Below, piece by piece: positions 26,730 through 40,300 of a stretch of 64,000 nucleotides of DNA; positions within the stretch are counted from its first letter, which is position 1, and every line of letters begins with the position of its first letter. The notes beneath the pieces are model-generated. The model was given only the letters and a program-made list of their open reading frames with translations, did no database searches and was not told the DNA's origin. This DNA is from Balanoglossus misakiensis (taxonomy: Eukaryota; Animalia; Hemichordata), in assembly GCA_040954595.2 (NCBI GenBank), contig CM082583.2:5640849-5704848 (forward strand), written 5' to 3'. Made by a program: the position numbers and the translations under genes.

Positions 26730-28632
26730 TTACTAGTACGCGCGTGTGATTTTGTGAACACTTTCCGATAACCATTGTCAGTAAGCATACCCCTTCTGGG
26801 CATTATACCTTCGAATAAAATAAAATAAATAGCTTTAGCAAGGGTAGTTACCCAAACCTACCTCTATAGTCATGAGTGATCTACAGCGCATTCAATTTCA
26901 TCCTGTTAGAGTGAAAATAGCCGGAAAGTGTTTTCCAGCAAGTCACGAAGTCTCCAATGTACGCTGTTTACCACCAGAACCCTAATTTTTCCTTTAAGGC
27001 TAAGAAAGTTCTGATTTTGTACCCTGGGACTATTGTCCTTGCTGATGGTATATATAAACTGACCGCAAGCAAAATAAATACATGCGATTGTATGTATGTA
27101 TGTATGTATGTATCATCTGTATGTACAGAATTCCCTCGATGGATTACTGATTCTAACATTCAGGTCGATATTTATGCGTGAACAGACCAACAGTTAAGCT
27201 GATTGCGCCGAATACAACTTCTAACTTCATTTGGAGACATACTCTGAAGTACGTTATCGCATGTAATGGTGTAGAGAGTTAAATGTCGCGTGAAGTATAT
27301 GTAACTTTGTTCAGGAGTCGGAGGCAACGTTGATGGCTTGTTTTCTGAATTCCACAAGGAATGGTTTAACAGGTTAAGAGAAGGAATCTGGGCATGACTT
27401 TTCGTCAGTGATTGAAAACTGACTTTTTTGGTTCGTTAAGTAAACGTGACCGCCCGTGTTATTTCCAGCCCCAATAAAACTAATGTTTGTTAGGGTTAAT
27501 AGGCTTTCGGTAAGATATCCTGATAAGTTTGTTGATAATGGGGGGCGTCGACGCTGCCTCTCATCACTAGTTTCAAGAGCAGTATGCTTCACACATGCAT
27601 GTAAAGTACCACGGGGACGCACGCACACGGCTGGTTATTTGAGCGTAAACTAACCTTAAGACTTACAGCTTTTGATTACCCCATTACTGTCTTATCTATA
27701 GGAGGCTCGTGTTAGCTATTAGCGCTGGGATGTCTTAAAAAGGGCGTTCTCTCCGCACACGGTCCAAAAAGGGGGATTGTAAATACACGCGTCATCTTAA
27801 CTTTCGTCAGATTACACTTTTCACTCTCGCAGAAGTAGTTTTTGTCGTTCTTGTGAGAGTGCGTGTATTATCTGTATCCGCGAGACGTGACTTTCAAAGT
27901 AGTAGCTGTCGTGAGATTGGTCGTCAGTCTTGGGCAGGGTGATGGAGTGCATTGTTGACGCGAGGACCCTTGTTTGTGTTCTTCCTCCGCGTAAGATGTT
28001 TCTCTGGATTGGGATTTGTTGGAAATGACAATTCGTGTTGTCTAACAACGTGTCCAGTTTATCGAAGACTTATAATCTGAAGTCGTTGTTTTATCAGAGA
28101 GAGAGACGGGCGGCTCTTTGATCTGTGTCGAATGATGACCCGGGGGTCGCCGGTGCATGATTGAACCCGTTGACGTCAGTTAAACAGCGACGTTTCTGAA
28201 GATGCGCGAGAGATCTGCTTCACTTTTTATTTAATTTAGGTCCTTGGTGCGGGGCGAGATTGCAGAGCAGAAGTTCACGAAAGTTGTTAGGTTTGCGCAC
28301 CCCAAGGGGGGTGAACTTACGTGACCTTTGACACCGTTGTGGTGGCCTCTTCGATGAATGACGCGTTTCACGCTCGATACGCTTCAGATGGGAGGAGACC
28401 AGAGTTCTTGAGTTAGATTGCGGCAGATGTGATTTGTGGGTCAATAGTGAGGAAAGAAAAAACGCATTTTAAAATATTAATGGTATATTTCGATTTTCGC
28501 CTCTACCTAGCTGCTGTCGCTTCGTGAATTAGGACACCTCTAAAACAGTTGAATTTAATGTCTCTGGGATCGTACGCACTGATTTGTTTTGGCGCAAAGT
28601 TTGAAAATTCTTATGTCACCAGTCATATTATT

Positions 28633-28690
28633 TCAATGAATCAATCAATGAATCAATCAATGAATCAATCAATGAATCAATCAATGAATG

Positions 28691-28721
<31 letters not shown>

Positions 28722-28824
28722 GAATCAATCAATCAATCAATCAATCAATCAACCAATCAATCAATCAATCAGTCAATCAGTCAATCAGTCAGTCAGTCAG
28801 TCAGTCAGTCAGTCAGTCAGTCAG
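28633..28824. repeat. Compound microsatellite: 12-bp unit (TCAATGAATCAA)x4, then (ATCA)n, then (GTCA)n
   Basis: Read directly; explains the NQSM/NQSI/SQSV ORF at 28549..28848. Confidence 0.98.
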
Positions 28825-30245
28825 ACCGTTGAAGGTAGTCACACTTAAAGGATTGTTTCAGGAAGGCTGTTCGGGGTGGCTATCAATCTCAATGCACCTT
28901 GTTACAGATATTAACAATAGGTGTCCCGTTTCTCAGTGTTAATAATTGTCATCCGCCAAGTAAGGTGCACATGCTGTGTAATTGAGCGTGAGTATAATTG
29001 AAGCTCGTGGAATAGGCCCACCTAGCTTGCTTGCCGCGAACATGTATATTTAACTCTGGTGTATTAGCTGCATTTTCACGCATAGGAGGTGTTTATCTTT
29101 CATTTTCAGTAATGATACGACCGTGATCTCCGATTAGGGTCGGTTTATACAACTAGAGTAAACAGAGGCTTATTAAAACACTGGGTGCTTTTACCCTTTA
29201 GAAGTAGAAATCTCTCAGTTTTACTCCGGATGTGTCAATCCAAGGTAATGAGATTTTCTGAATGGGTTTGCGCTGTGTAGCGGATGCTCATAGTCCCTCT
29301 TGATGTGCTATCGTCCTCTATGCGTGGGCATATTAACTGATTACAGAAAAAGTGAGTGAACGCATACACTTAACAGATTATCGCCTAAATTATACACTAG
29401 TCTTGGCTTTTATCTGGATACTTTCTCAATGATCTGGCAATATATTAAGCGGTTCCAAAATAGTAAAATAACACATTTGTGAGATTGACGCTTTGATACA
29501 CGCATATTGCCTTGCGTAGAATGAACATGCTTTGTATATCGTCCAACAAATATAATTTTTCAATCTCTCTATTGAGAAATGTAAATATGCGCTTGCATGC
29601 AAAGTTGCATGAAGGAAAACAACATTTTAGTCGCCAACTCGGACATTTGTTAGATGGCACGTTTTATTTCATTGAATATAAGTGCGTCCTACAGCAAGAC
29701 TCTTGGAAATATGTTGGTAAATTGGATTTTGCTGCTTAGCCCGAAGAGGAAAATTGTAATATATAATGGCAAACTAAATTGTCTTGGCCGGGGAATTTTC
29801 AAAATTTCTGGCTTGCCTGGTGTGTACAGTTGGTATATATTTGGGGTATGGCAAATGTAGGCCGGGTTAACGGAAACGCACAAATTTTGGCCTTAAATCA
29901 TTTGATTTACGTATTTCTAAATGACCAGGGTAAACAGTGCGTATAGGTTTAGTTAATTTCCTGATTCCTCACAATTTTCTACGTATTAGCAGTAATAGAG
30001 AACACACTTTGACGCCAACCCAAATGATCGCATTTCATCAATTGGCAATATATCGGGCGAAGTACTCGCATGCGCACCAGTAAGCCAGCATCTGCCGTAG
30101 CATATTAAGGAGCCGCTAGAATCATGGCATGGATACGAAATCTGAAAGCTGTCATCAAAATAATCCGATCCAGTCAACCGTAAAACAAACTCACTGCAAC
30201 GTCGGAGGTGCAGACAGTCGACTCCAGAGAAACCCATAGTCCATC

Positions 30246-30950
30246 GTTGCCATGGATACAAAGCAACGCACAGCTCCTAAAACGATTTGAAGTGTCTCGA
30301 ATACATCAAGAAATTTCAATAGACCAAAAATTAAGATAATTGTGCAGAATTTTGGGCGAAAAAACGGAATCGTGATTTAATACCGCCTGGTATAGGGACG
30401 GTGGCTTTGTGTATTCTTCTTTTGAAGTTCCGTGCATCGACTTATATATTCTTAACATTCTTTAAGTGATACTCCACTTCGAATAATAATTTTGCTGACT
30501 GTGTAAACAAAGACCGTGCACTACAGTGCAGTGGCAGAACAAAAATATGGCTGTGTAAATTTCCATCACGGTGAAGCACAAAAAGTTACATTGACACGCT
30601 GAAAAAAATGGTTCTTCAAGTTACGGCTACTACTAATGTTTCGGAATTACTCTGCGTACCTAATTAAACACCTTTCTTCGAAATTAGCTGGAAGTGGCTG
30701 CGTCGTTGCTACGGTTACCATTGTTTCCGTGGAGACCGACGTGGTAGCCACGTTCCGAGTCAGCTACATCGCTCAAATTCAAGTGTTACTATTTATTGAT
30801 TGATTGATCGAGCTGTGTGCGTTTCCTGTTACTTCTATAGAAAACCTTTCGCGGGTTTGCCGCAGTCCAATTAGAGAGAGAGAGAGAGAGAGAAACAAAG
30901 AAATATTAAGGAAATCACTCGCAACGTGAATGCTCTTTTGCCATGGAAAC
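30246..30950. promoter_or_regulatory. Cluster of RFX X-box-like palindromes
   Basis: GTTGCCATGGATAC 30246-30259, GTTGCTACGGTTAC 30705-30718, GTTTCCGTGGAGAC 30723-30736, TTTGCCATGGAAAC 30937-30950. Confidence 0.35.
30873..30893. repeat. (AG)n microsatellite
   Basis: Read directly. Confidence 0.95.
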
Positions 30951-33900
30951 AAATCTTTTAGACACGAAGCCCACATTACATTGTATTCTCCAGAACACAT
31001 ATTCGGCCCTGTAGCAACTTGCGCAAAAGCTTACAGTAAGTAATTAAGATTTTTAAAAGTTTCATCCAGCTTTTAAAACTGCGCTGGTGCGTGTAAGTCT
31101 GGTGTGCCCTTTTCTCAGCGAGCACTAAAGAGAATTCCCAAATTGTACCTAGAGCTCACACACAAAACATCTTATAAGGCTAGGGACTTTCCTTATACTA
31201 GTATTGCTTTCAAGGCTGTTCTCATTTTGAATGGGAATTTGATAGACGCCTAACATTCCTGTTTTCGTGAAGTCTCGTGTGATTCCGAACGAACAAAGCC
31301 GCCTTCGTCACACGCTGCGCTCCGTATCTCGTTTCCCGTTTGATTCATCGTTCGACAATCGGGTCAATTTCCTGCCACTTACATATAGAGTATTTAAAAC
31401 TCGACGCGCCACTCGTCAGATTTATCGATATGAAGCCGGGTTATAACTGATTCCAGGTTATGCCGTTATACCTTGGGCGACCGTGGGCGTTCCCTTGATT
31501 ATCCTGTGGCATATCGCGGGGAAAATGTCAGTGCGATGATGTTTGTCACAAAACTATTACTGGAAATGTCGTAGGTGAAATTAAACTCGCACCACTGTAC
31601 TGTACAGTTGTACATGGCTGTATTCATGTGCGTACAAGGATTGTGGCTATAAAAATCTCTTATTTCACAGGAAACGTGTATTAAAATTGTTAACTGGTGT
31701 CATAACCAACTTAATTTGATTACTTAAGTTATAGCTTCCGATTGAAAACGGATTTAGTGAGCACTAGTACTGTGATACCAATATTTTATCAATCTCACTG
31801 AGAAACGACAGACACTCCATGACAACCATTGGGAAACAGGCATTTTAGTTTCATAATTCGTATTGCGGTGGGCGCTCCAGTTAGAACTGTCTTTACGGTT
31901 GTTTGCCGTCTGCAAACAGGGATTGATTCGAGAGACCCCCAACGCGTCAGGCTTGCAAGAGGTTTCATATGTGCAAATCTATTTGTCTGTGGTGCAATGC
32001 TTATCGAGCTCACTGTAGTGTGATAATAATAGGCATAGATTAACAGTACACAAAACGACGAATTAGAGAAAAAAGCGGATTTGTGACTCAAAAGGCGAAA
32101 TAGCTGTTGGCAATATCCCGACAACACAGTCAGATAAATGCTGCAGTGGGAGTAATTTAGTCATTATCTTTTTGAAGATGTCCCGCGGCTAATCTGCCCG
32201 TCGTGAACAAAAGAAAACACGGGGGAAAATAAGATGGGGAGACGGATTTTGATTTTGAACGTTAAAGTCAGGCAGAGGTTCAATATGAATTCTTAGAATT
32301 CTATTTCTATAACCCACACGACGTTAAGATAAGAAAACCGGTTTACACTGCACACAATTCAAGTAACTGATTTTCCAACAGCAAGTGTTACCATGGCGAT
32401 AATCAAAACAGTGGCAATATGATAATTAGCACGAAAGATACTTCAGATCGATACCTGTAAGACCTGAGGTTAACAAGCATGCGTAGAAGTTACTGGATTT
32501 TTATCATTTTTTGACGACAGCTAAATGCGCGTGAAAACAGGGGAACAGATGTATCTATATGTGATAGAATAACCTTTGGACTTCAAAAATACGGCAACAT
32601 GATTTTTTGATAATTGTATTAGGATAAAATACTTAAAAAATATAATAGCAGATATTGCTCCTGTTTTAACCATACTTTCCCAGTAATAATGCAATTATCA
32701 CGAAAAGGCCCCAATCGTGTTCGACGTTTACTGTTAATGATATGTCTTTTTGATTCAGCGAGAAAAAAAGAACGACATGCTTCCTAAATTTGGTCACAAG
32801 TGTCGGATTGCAAATTGTCATGCCGCGTGCAAGTTTTCTATATCAAGTTCACTGGAGCAAGTTTTTGAATGAACACGTTTTCACGAAGACGTTTGTGACA
32901 GCAGCTGCGGTATCCTTTGATTGACGTTGGTTTAAGTACATTGCCGTTTCCAAAAAAAAGAGTTGGCTAATATTCACAGCTTTACTAACAAGGTACCATC
33001 AAGTGAGATTGCCAGCGGGTCCATTTATCAATTACACGAGACAGGAGATACTTTGTGTGAAATTCATGCCTCAGAAATAATAATCACGGCGGCGCGTCCA
33101 ATCTTGCCCTCGTATAAAATGACGTGGGCGTTCTCTTTGATATCGCCAGAATGTCAGGCCAGAGAGTCTTTGCGACGCACACCTTTTCTAGCAATACATG
33201 CAGTTTAATTGTATATGATTTTGAGTTTTCAGAGTTCACTAGTCTTGTCCTTGGATCCACACGTGTGTGTGTGTGCTTCCACAATCACTGCCGCATTCTT
33301 TACACGTTTATTGGACGCTTAAAAGTTGAGCATCAATTCCCCCTTCCAGGTGCAGTGTACTCGCTAAGTCCAGGATTTCGCCAAAGAACACGCGCCTCTT
33401 CGTAATTGACGAAGGGAGCGTAAATTATTTACTGCAAAGCATGCGTTGCTACTTCGCCTGTTCGTTAACTATTTCAGTTTAGGTGTTATGCTCTAGTGGA
33501 TATCAAGACGATTAATTTTGTTGCCACGGATAATGTATCCTTTAATGGAAATACGGGGCTCTGTTGATTATCATCAGCCTAATTACTGTTTTACAGATAC
33601 TAGATTAAAATTTAATAATTGATACTTTAGCCTCGGCTCACTGAAAAATCTTCTGTCAGTTAAAAAACGACAACTACAATAGGGTCATCTTGAAGTACGC
33701 ATATGTGTCCTGAATGGGTGAGCGTACCCTACCCTGCTAGATTGTCAATAGGCACTGCTATGGAAAAGTTCAATGTGAGGTGATTGTCTCCTCTGGTCGA
33801 ACACTGTTCTTCAAACAGATATGATGGACTGTGTCCAAACTACGGATGTTTCTGGTTGTGAAAAAATCATTAGTCATTACATGCTGTTCCGAACTCGTGC

Positions 33901-34385
33901 TGCACTCGGCAGTCGTGCGATTTGGTGAGAGCGTTGATGAAAATGCCTTTCGGTGGCAGATGTTTGCCGGATTCGTTTGAGAGGATGATAAAGATGCGCG
34001 CGCGTAGGTGAAAGGATGACATTACCCCGATCATATGTCAATATAATGTCAATAAATGCACAGTTCACTGAACCCATGCCTTCAATGATAAGCTCACCCT
34101 AGCGATGAAGGTGAATGCAGAGCTCTGGGCTCTCTGTCAGTTAAGTGTTTCCCCTTGATAAATGAACATTTCCTGGTCATTCCAGCGTCCTTTTCAGTAT
34201 ATGCACTGTAACAATTGCGAAATAAAGATTTATAGCCGAAATGTTCAGCTCTATACGTCAGTGATCGCAATTTAAATACGCCACGATGCGTAAAGAAATG
34301 TGAAGTTTAGGGTGTCCAAGGTGTGGCGTGCACAGAACCTATGGGTAGTGTGTTGTATATTGTGGACGTATGAAAAGGAAATTGT

Positions 34386-34475
34386 ATAGATAGATGGATA
34401 GACAGTCAGACAGACAGACAGGCAGATAGATAGATAGATAGACAGAGAGACGGACGGGCGGACAGACGGGCAGAC
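34386..34475. repeat. Compound (GATA/GACA/GACG/GGCG)n microsatellite
   Basis: 4-bp periodic array with drifting unit. Confidence 0.9.
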
Positions 34476-36570
34476 CCATACATGTATATAGATATTAGAT
34501 AGAAATCCTGTGTCAGTGGGATGGACATTGGCTTTAACGATAACTGTCTTGTTTTACTACGAGTTTTTCATGAATCGTAATCAGTGACCTACTTATCCAT
34601 GCTCTGTAAAATAAAACATCCCGGTTTTTTTTTCGGCGCGGGCAACATTTGAAAGCAACGGCAAATGAATGTTTTCCCTCGGGGTAGAAGTGTTAATCCA
34701 ATCTCCCAAAACGCAGAATTATATTACATCATATTATATAACAATAAATTACATTACATTACATTACATAGATTTCACACCTATAATTTCTCAAAATCAT
34801 TTTCTCATTTTCAATTAACTGACACTGTCTATCTTCAGTGGGCTTCGTGGGCTCGGAAAATATTATAAAGAGACAGAAACACACCTGAGGACGATCTGAA
34901 AATATCAGAACAATTTCGCGTCACAACATAAATGGCACTTATCGGCTGCACGTGTCGATATTTGCGCTGGTGCCCACAGGAGCATTTTTCAATATCAATT
35001 AATTATGAAATAATTATAGCCCTACTTTTGCTGTTCAGCAGTGCATTTTACGCTCTTCCGACCACAGAAGGGGGATTATGAAAATATAAATTAAGTGCAA
35101 TCATGAGGTTTTAATACTATTCAATTCCATTGTCTCTTTACATTAACACCAATTAGATTATTGGACGATAGGCTGTCATTCCATAACACATATATCCCTT
35201 TCGTTCTTTGCTGAAGGGGGGGGGGGGTTGACATGTCAAATCGCGTAAATTCTACATTCCTATAGCTTAGATGAAAAAATCCAGATATTATATTTGATCA
35301 TAGCATTGCTTAATATTTGAGATATGGTTTATCATTTTTAAAAAATATATAAATATTTTTTGTTATTCGCCACCAACATGTACATTTATCTAAGATTGAC
35401 AAGTTCATTAATTTCAGAAGGAGCAAAGGTTGCCTTACAAACTGAGAACTAAATAGCCTTACAATGATTGGCATATTTTATCAAATTTACGTTGCTCGAG
35501 GATCATACGTTTTTATAGGTCCCTGCTCCCGCTTCGCCGCGTGGCGTACATTACATGTAGTCGGATAATATAAAAAGCTGACAGACCCGACCAAATCAAA
35601 ATACAGTACTATACAGTACATGAAAAGTATGGAATAAAACTCGTCTGTACACAAGCGCCATACCGAATTCTGTAAGTGATTGAATATCAATCTTCTGCAT
35701 CGAACATGCACAAATGCATATGCAAATCGCTCTATCTACCTAATTATGCAATACGTTCAGCCCATTCCATAATACAGAACGGGGGTAGTCTGTGAAAAAG
35801 CATTTATGTTGATAGGGCCTTTGCTTATAACTTCAAACGCGCAAACCTATCCTTTGCTGAAATGGGATGTCATCACATCCTTTCAAGAACATTCAACGTT
35901 TATGACATTTTTTATTAAATATTGTAAACTCTGACATTTTGAAGTCGCGGTACCTATTTAAATCACGGCGTTACGGAGAAATGCCGAATGACAGGACGAG
36001 CAGCTGTCACGCCAAGAGACAATGCAGCCCCGCCAGAGAGAGTTTTTTTTCTCTCCATGGCGTAATGATTCAAGCGCGCGAATCGTTAAAATCGTCTCGA
36101 TGAAAGGCGCGTTAGATAAGTTTGATTGCCACAGACAATTCCCGCCAGTTTATGATGCCACCAGGTATATGTCGTCAAAGCGATTGGATTCCCGCGCAAA
36201 CCGACCGATGTTTTTTTAAAAGAATCATTGATTATGACCGGCTGCAATCGACGCCGCCGAAACGGAAAAGGTCAAGGGTAATCAGTTGTGTCGCTTGAAA
36301 TCCAAGAGGACCACAGGTACATACTAACAATAACGAACACGCGATGATTCTCTACTTTAAAAGAACGGTCTGTTGAATTGGGTTAATGGTCCGAAAGTTG
36401 GCACCATTTTTATGGCGTCATTAAAAAGGTACAATGCCCGCAATGATATTCAGTATCGTCGTCTGAGTGAGAATCGTAAAAATGAATTTAATATAGAGAA
36501 ATTATATAACCAGAATATAAAATTTAAGGATAAAACCAACATCGTTTGCGGCCCATTTGGGCCACGTTAA

Positions 36571-37365
36571 GATGGGTCCCTAGGATCTTTTTGCTCGTTG
36601 CTATGGGCCTTTATAGGACATTACACCCCGATTTGGACTAAGCCGTTTTCAGAGTCTAACAAGGGGCTGGTAACTAGTTAACAATACGCACGATTGTGAG
36701 CGCGCGCCCCCTGACGCCATTGATATGCAAATTAGTTAGGTCAAATTTCAAAAGCCTAAGGCTTTTTATTCCGTGACCTCAAAAACGAACTTGATACGTA
36801 TTCATTAGTTGCTTGAACCAGGGAAGATCGTGACGGATTTTGTTTTCGAATATTATCGTTGTATCCTACGATTTCAGCATACCCGTACCACACCTGAAAA
36901 AGTCATCGATTTTGGGTGTTTTTGGACGCACTCTTCCACTGGTATCGCTTCTTAGCACGACGAAAACCGAAAAAACGATCCGTCACACTGTGCGGAAGTG
37001 CGTTCTCAACAAGCAGGTCAAATTTGGCTGGCCTACGTCGCCTGTGAAAAAAGCCTTAGGGATTTTCGTGAACGGTACAAAATCTCTGTGTACAAAACAT
37101 TGGATTTTTAGCGTTCGATCCAGTTACTGTGGTTACAGGACGCGCACGCTATCGCTGACCGCTGCTTTGCCGTATTAGCGTGGCGGCCTATGGCCGGGCG
37201 GTAGCTGCCGTAAACATACTCAGACAGGGGGTGTGCACACAATCGTGCGTATTTTTAACTAGTTACAAGCCCCTTGTCGGACGTTCATAACGGTTTCGAT
37301 CAAAATTGAGTGTAGTGTCCTATAAAGGCCCATAGCAACGAGCAAAAAGATCCTAGGGACCCATC
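36571..37365. mobile_element. Non-autonomous DNA transposon (MITE-like), probably Kolobok superfamily
   Basis: 50-bp perfect TIR (GATGGGTCCCTAGGATCTTTTTGCTCGTTGCTATGGGCCTTTATAGGACA) extending ungapped to ~130 bp; TTAA on both sides (36567-36570, 37366-37369); 5'-GA...TC-3' (RR..YY) ends fit Kolobok rather than piggyBac (CC..GG); no transposase ORF. Confidence 0.92.
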
Positions 37366-40300
37366 TTAAATGGCGGTGATGAAGGCTTTTAAGGCGGTGG
37401 ATGAATCATAATGATCTCAGATGATAGAGATAATATATTCAGGGGAATAATATAAACTGCGGTTGATACAACACGATTGGAACTATCTTAGCACATTGCT
37501 GACATTAGAACAAAAACCCTATAATTATGTAATTTCATAGCACTTTCTTGATTGTCCACCTGCAAACACTCATTGTAAAATATAATCAAGATGTTACATA
37601 AGTGTCTACTTCAATTACACAGGGGTGTTATAATGTGCGGTGAGCTGATCAATCTCACAGAAGTGGTTTTACCACACCCTCCCAATGCTATACTTTCCTA
37701 TAGGCAAGTAGTCAACAACCGCCGTGGGCAATCAATATGAAATTAAAATGTAAATGCCTTGTCGTTTTGCCTGGGTAGAAATCCATGTTCGATGACTTTT
37801 AGAGGCTTCTGTCTTCATTTTAACGGTATCTAATTGCCTGAAAGTAGTTCTAGGTTAGGTGCAAGATGCTGTGTCGACCATTGGAGCTTTGAGAGATAAA
37901 AGTAGTATTTTTAGCGATTACTGACTAAAGCGACTCAGATCGGATTTTGCTTTATCAAACCAACGCCGTAGACTAGTATTCAGCCACTCCGAGCCCATGC
38001 ACACCAGTAACGACAACTTTTCATCATTACGTAAAGACGATAACCATTAAACTAAATTAATAGAATTCGACATCCGTGACCGGTCGTTCACAACAGTAAT
38101 TCATGGCTAAATGATACAGGCAACGTAACAAACGGTCATTACATGCCAACTGTCGCCAGTTTGATTATTATTGCAGAACTAACGAGCTTTTCACCCATTA
38201 GACCTCGACCCTAGCACACAGCTTATATTATAGCGTTTCCATGCAAAGTGTTGCAAATGACTTAAACGGGTTTGTGGATTCTAGGTGGGTGTGGCAGTTA
38301 AAAAGTTTTGTTTTGAACGACTTTTCATGCACAAATACTTTTCGTCGGCATCCGAGGAAAAAGATATCGAAGTTACACGTATGTGCAGTCTGATAAGTGT
38401 ACGTGATTAATGAATTCCCATGTTTCAAGCCATGGTATAGACAACATGCCACCCAAAACCGTACAATTACCAATACTTAGAAAGATCCCATATGTCCTTG
38501 ATGACTCATGTCCCATCCACTGCATAATCTGACGTGTTCTAAGATGACAACACGGAGAAGTTTAAACGATGCTGTAATTTGTCGGCGTTAAAGATGACCC
38601 GTAGTTTGTGTCGTCAGAATCTTGAGGATAACCACTGCAGACAGATCATGCAACGTGGCTCCGGCGTGCCAATCTCTGGTCCTTGTATCTAATGTTTCGT
38701 GACAGCTGTGTCAATTGCAGACAGTAGCACTTCACGTATCCGTTAATTGCCTCCTGATCATCCCTAACCGCAGGAAACAAATAGGGAAAGAAACTGAAAC
38801 AGGGCCAAACGATTGGCTCTCAGTCGTCCGTTGGGTCGCCCACTCTTGTCTACAGGGACAAACCAACATCTGTAGCTGTAGGAAGAGCTGTAGGACGCAT
38901 TTCAGATCCAAAAGGTATTCAGACAGGATGCAAATCATATATTGCCACCGAACATTTAAAAAAAGAATGACGCCCCTTCCCTAATTAACAACTCAGGTGT
39001 ACCACAGCATTTCGATAATTTTATTCAAGTGAACGCAATTACTTCAACGTGACGTCAGCATTTTCGATGTTTGTGGTATTTTTGTCATTTTCACTTAGAG
39101 TGAGAATTTGGTATTTTAGAGGGGCTCATCTTATCAATTGAAGCCATACACGTTTACCTACTACGACTGGATGGTAATTAACGCCTGCGTCGTATACACG
39201 ATAACTTGACCACTTTGAACAGTATCCGTGGCTAAAGCCGTTCTCCTTACGAGCTATAAATGTCACTATGACAACGCTGTATTGCTGCGAGTTGTAACGG
39301 AGACAAATCTTTCTGAACAAATGGTGAGAAATTGTCGTTAGTTTTACGAGACATTAAACACAACTGTCTAAAGTATGTACTAGTGCCACGCGGTGATTTG
39401 AAGCTCGGGTCAACGAAGTGTTTAAACAAAATAATAAAGACTGCACATTTCGAAGGCGTCAACCTGGCAGCATGACCGGAATGGATAAAATGGCGTGGAT
39501 GGGGACGCTGTTTGAGTTGTGATGTCGGTTATTTACGAACTCCAATTATGCAGTAGAACGGCCTGGCTGTACATTTGTTTGTATGTCGGGGTCATGTTTC
39601 ATCCCCTAATACCACCATTTGGAAACATGTGTGCAAGTGTGACAACGCAAGCAAAGCATGAGATTATGCCAATATATCAGTTAGTAAATAAGCTGACAAA
39701 TCTGCACGTGGAGTGTTTTCGATACCCTCGTGGGGATTCAATGCGCCCTCGTGCGGTCAAGCTTGAGCAAGGATCGTAAATGCGAGAATCACTCGGGAGT
39801 TATCTTGACTGACTGTTTTTTAGTCTGTAGAGCTCGAGACATTGAGGCACATAAAATTTAAACGAATTCACTAAAGTGTCAACCGTAAAAACTGCTGCCT
39901 GTCAACCTTTCACAATCCTTCTCGTCTAATGTCCATCTCTCATGGATCCCGTAACGTTGCATGATAACATTAGTCAGCTATAGTTTTGATGCCATTGACA
40001 ATACAGTTCAACGTAGAATATCACCAGAAACAAATACATTGTAGTGTATTAAGTAATCTTACATGTGGCTGTTTTGGAGTGTAGACCATGCCTACGGACG
40101 CATAGTCTAAACCGCGTCAGATGTTTCATTGGGGCAGTCAGTGTCCCGGTTACTAGTACAAGCTTTCAGCGAATGTCTCGAATCCTCCATTCATTCGCAA
40201 TATAGTTGAATGCAGTTTTGAACTGCGTGGGAGATTTTTTTCCAAGCATACCTGAATGCCTGGCATTTGTTCAAATAAGAATCGCGTTTACCGATACTTT

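Noticed and set aside
27655-27738. TTAAGAC...GTCTTAA as a possible tiny TTAA element
   Set aside because: Only 3 bp of inverted identity beyond TTAA; chance level.
28549-28848. NQS-repeat ORF
   Set aside because: Translation of a compound microsatellite.
31278-31298. Minus-strand 13-nt match to the miR-375 5' end (TTTGTTCGTTCGG)
   Set aside because: 3' half diverges, the word is low-complexity and no pre-miRNA-sized hairpin places it on an arm.
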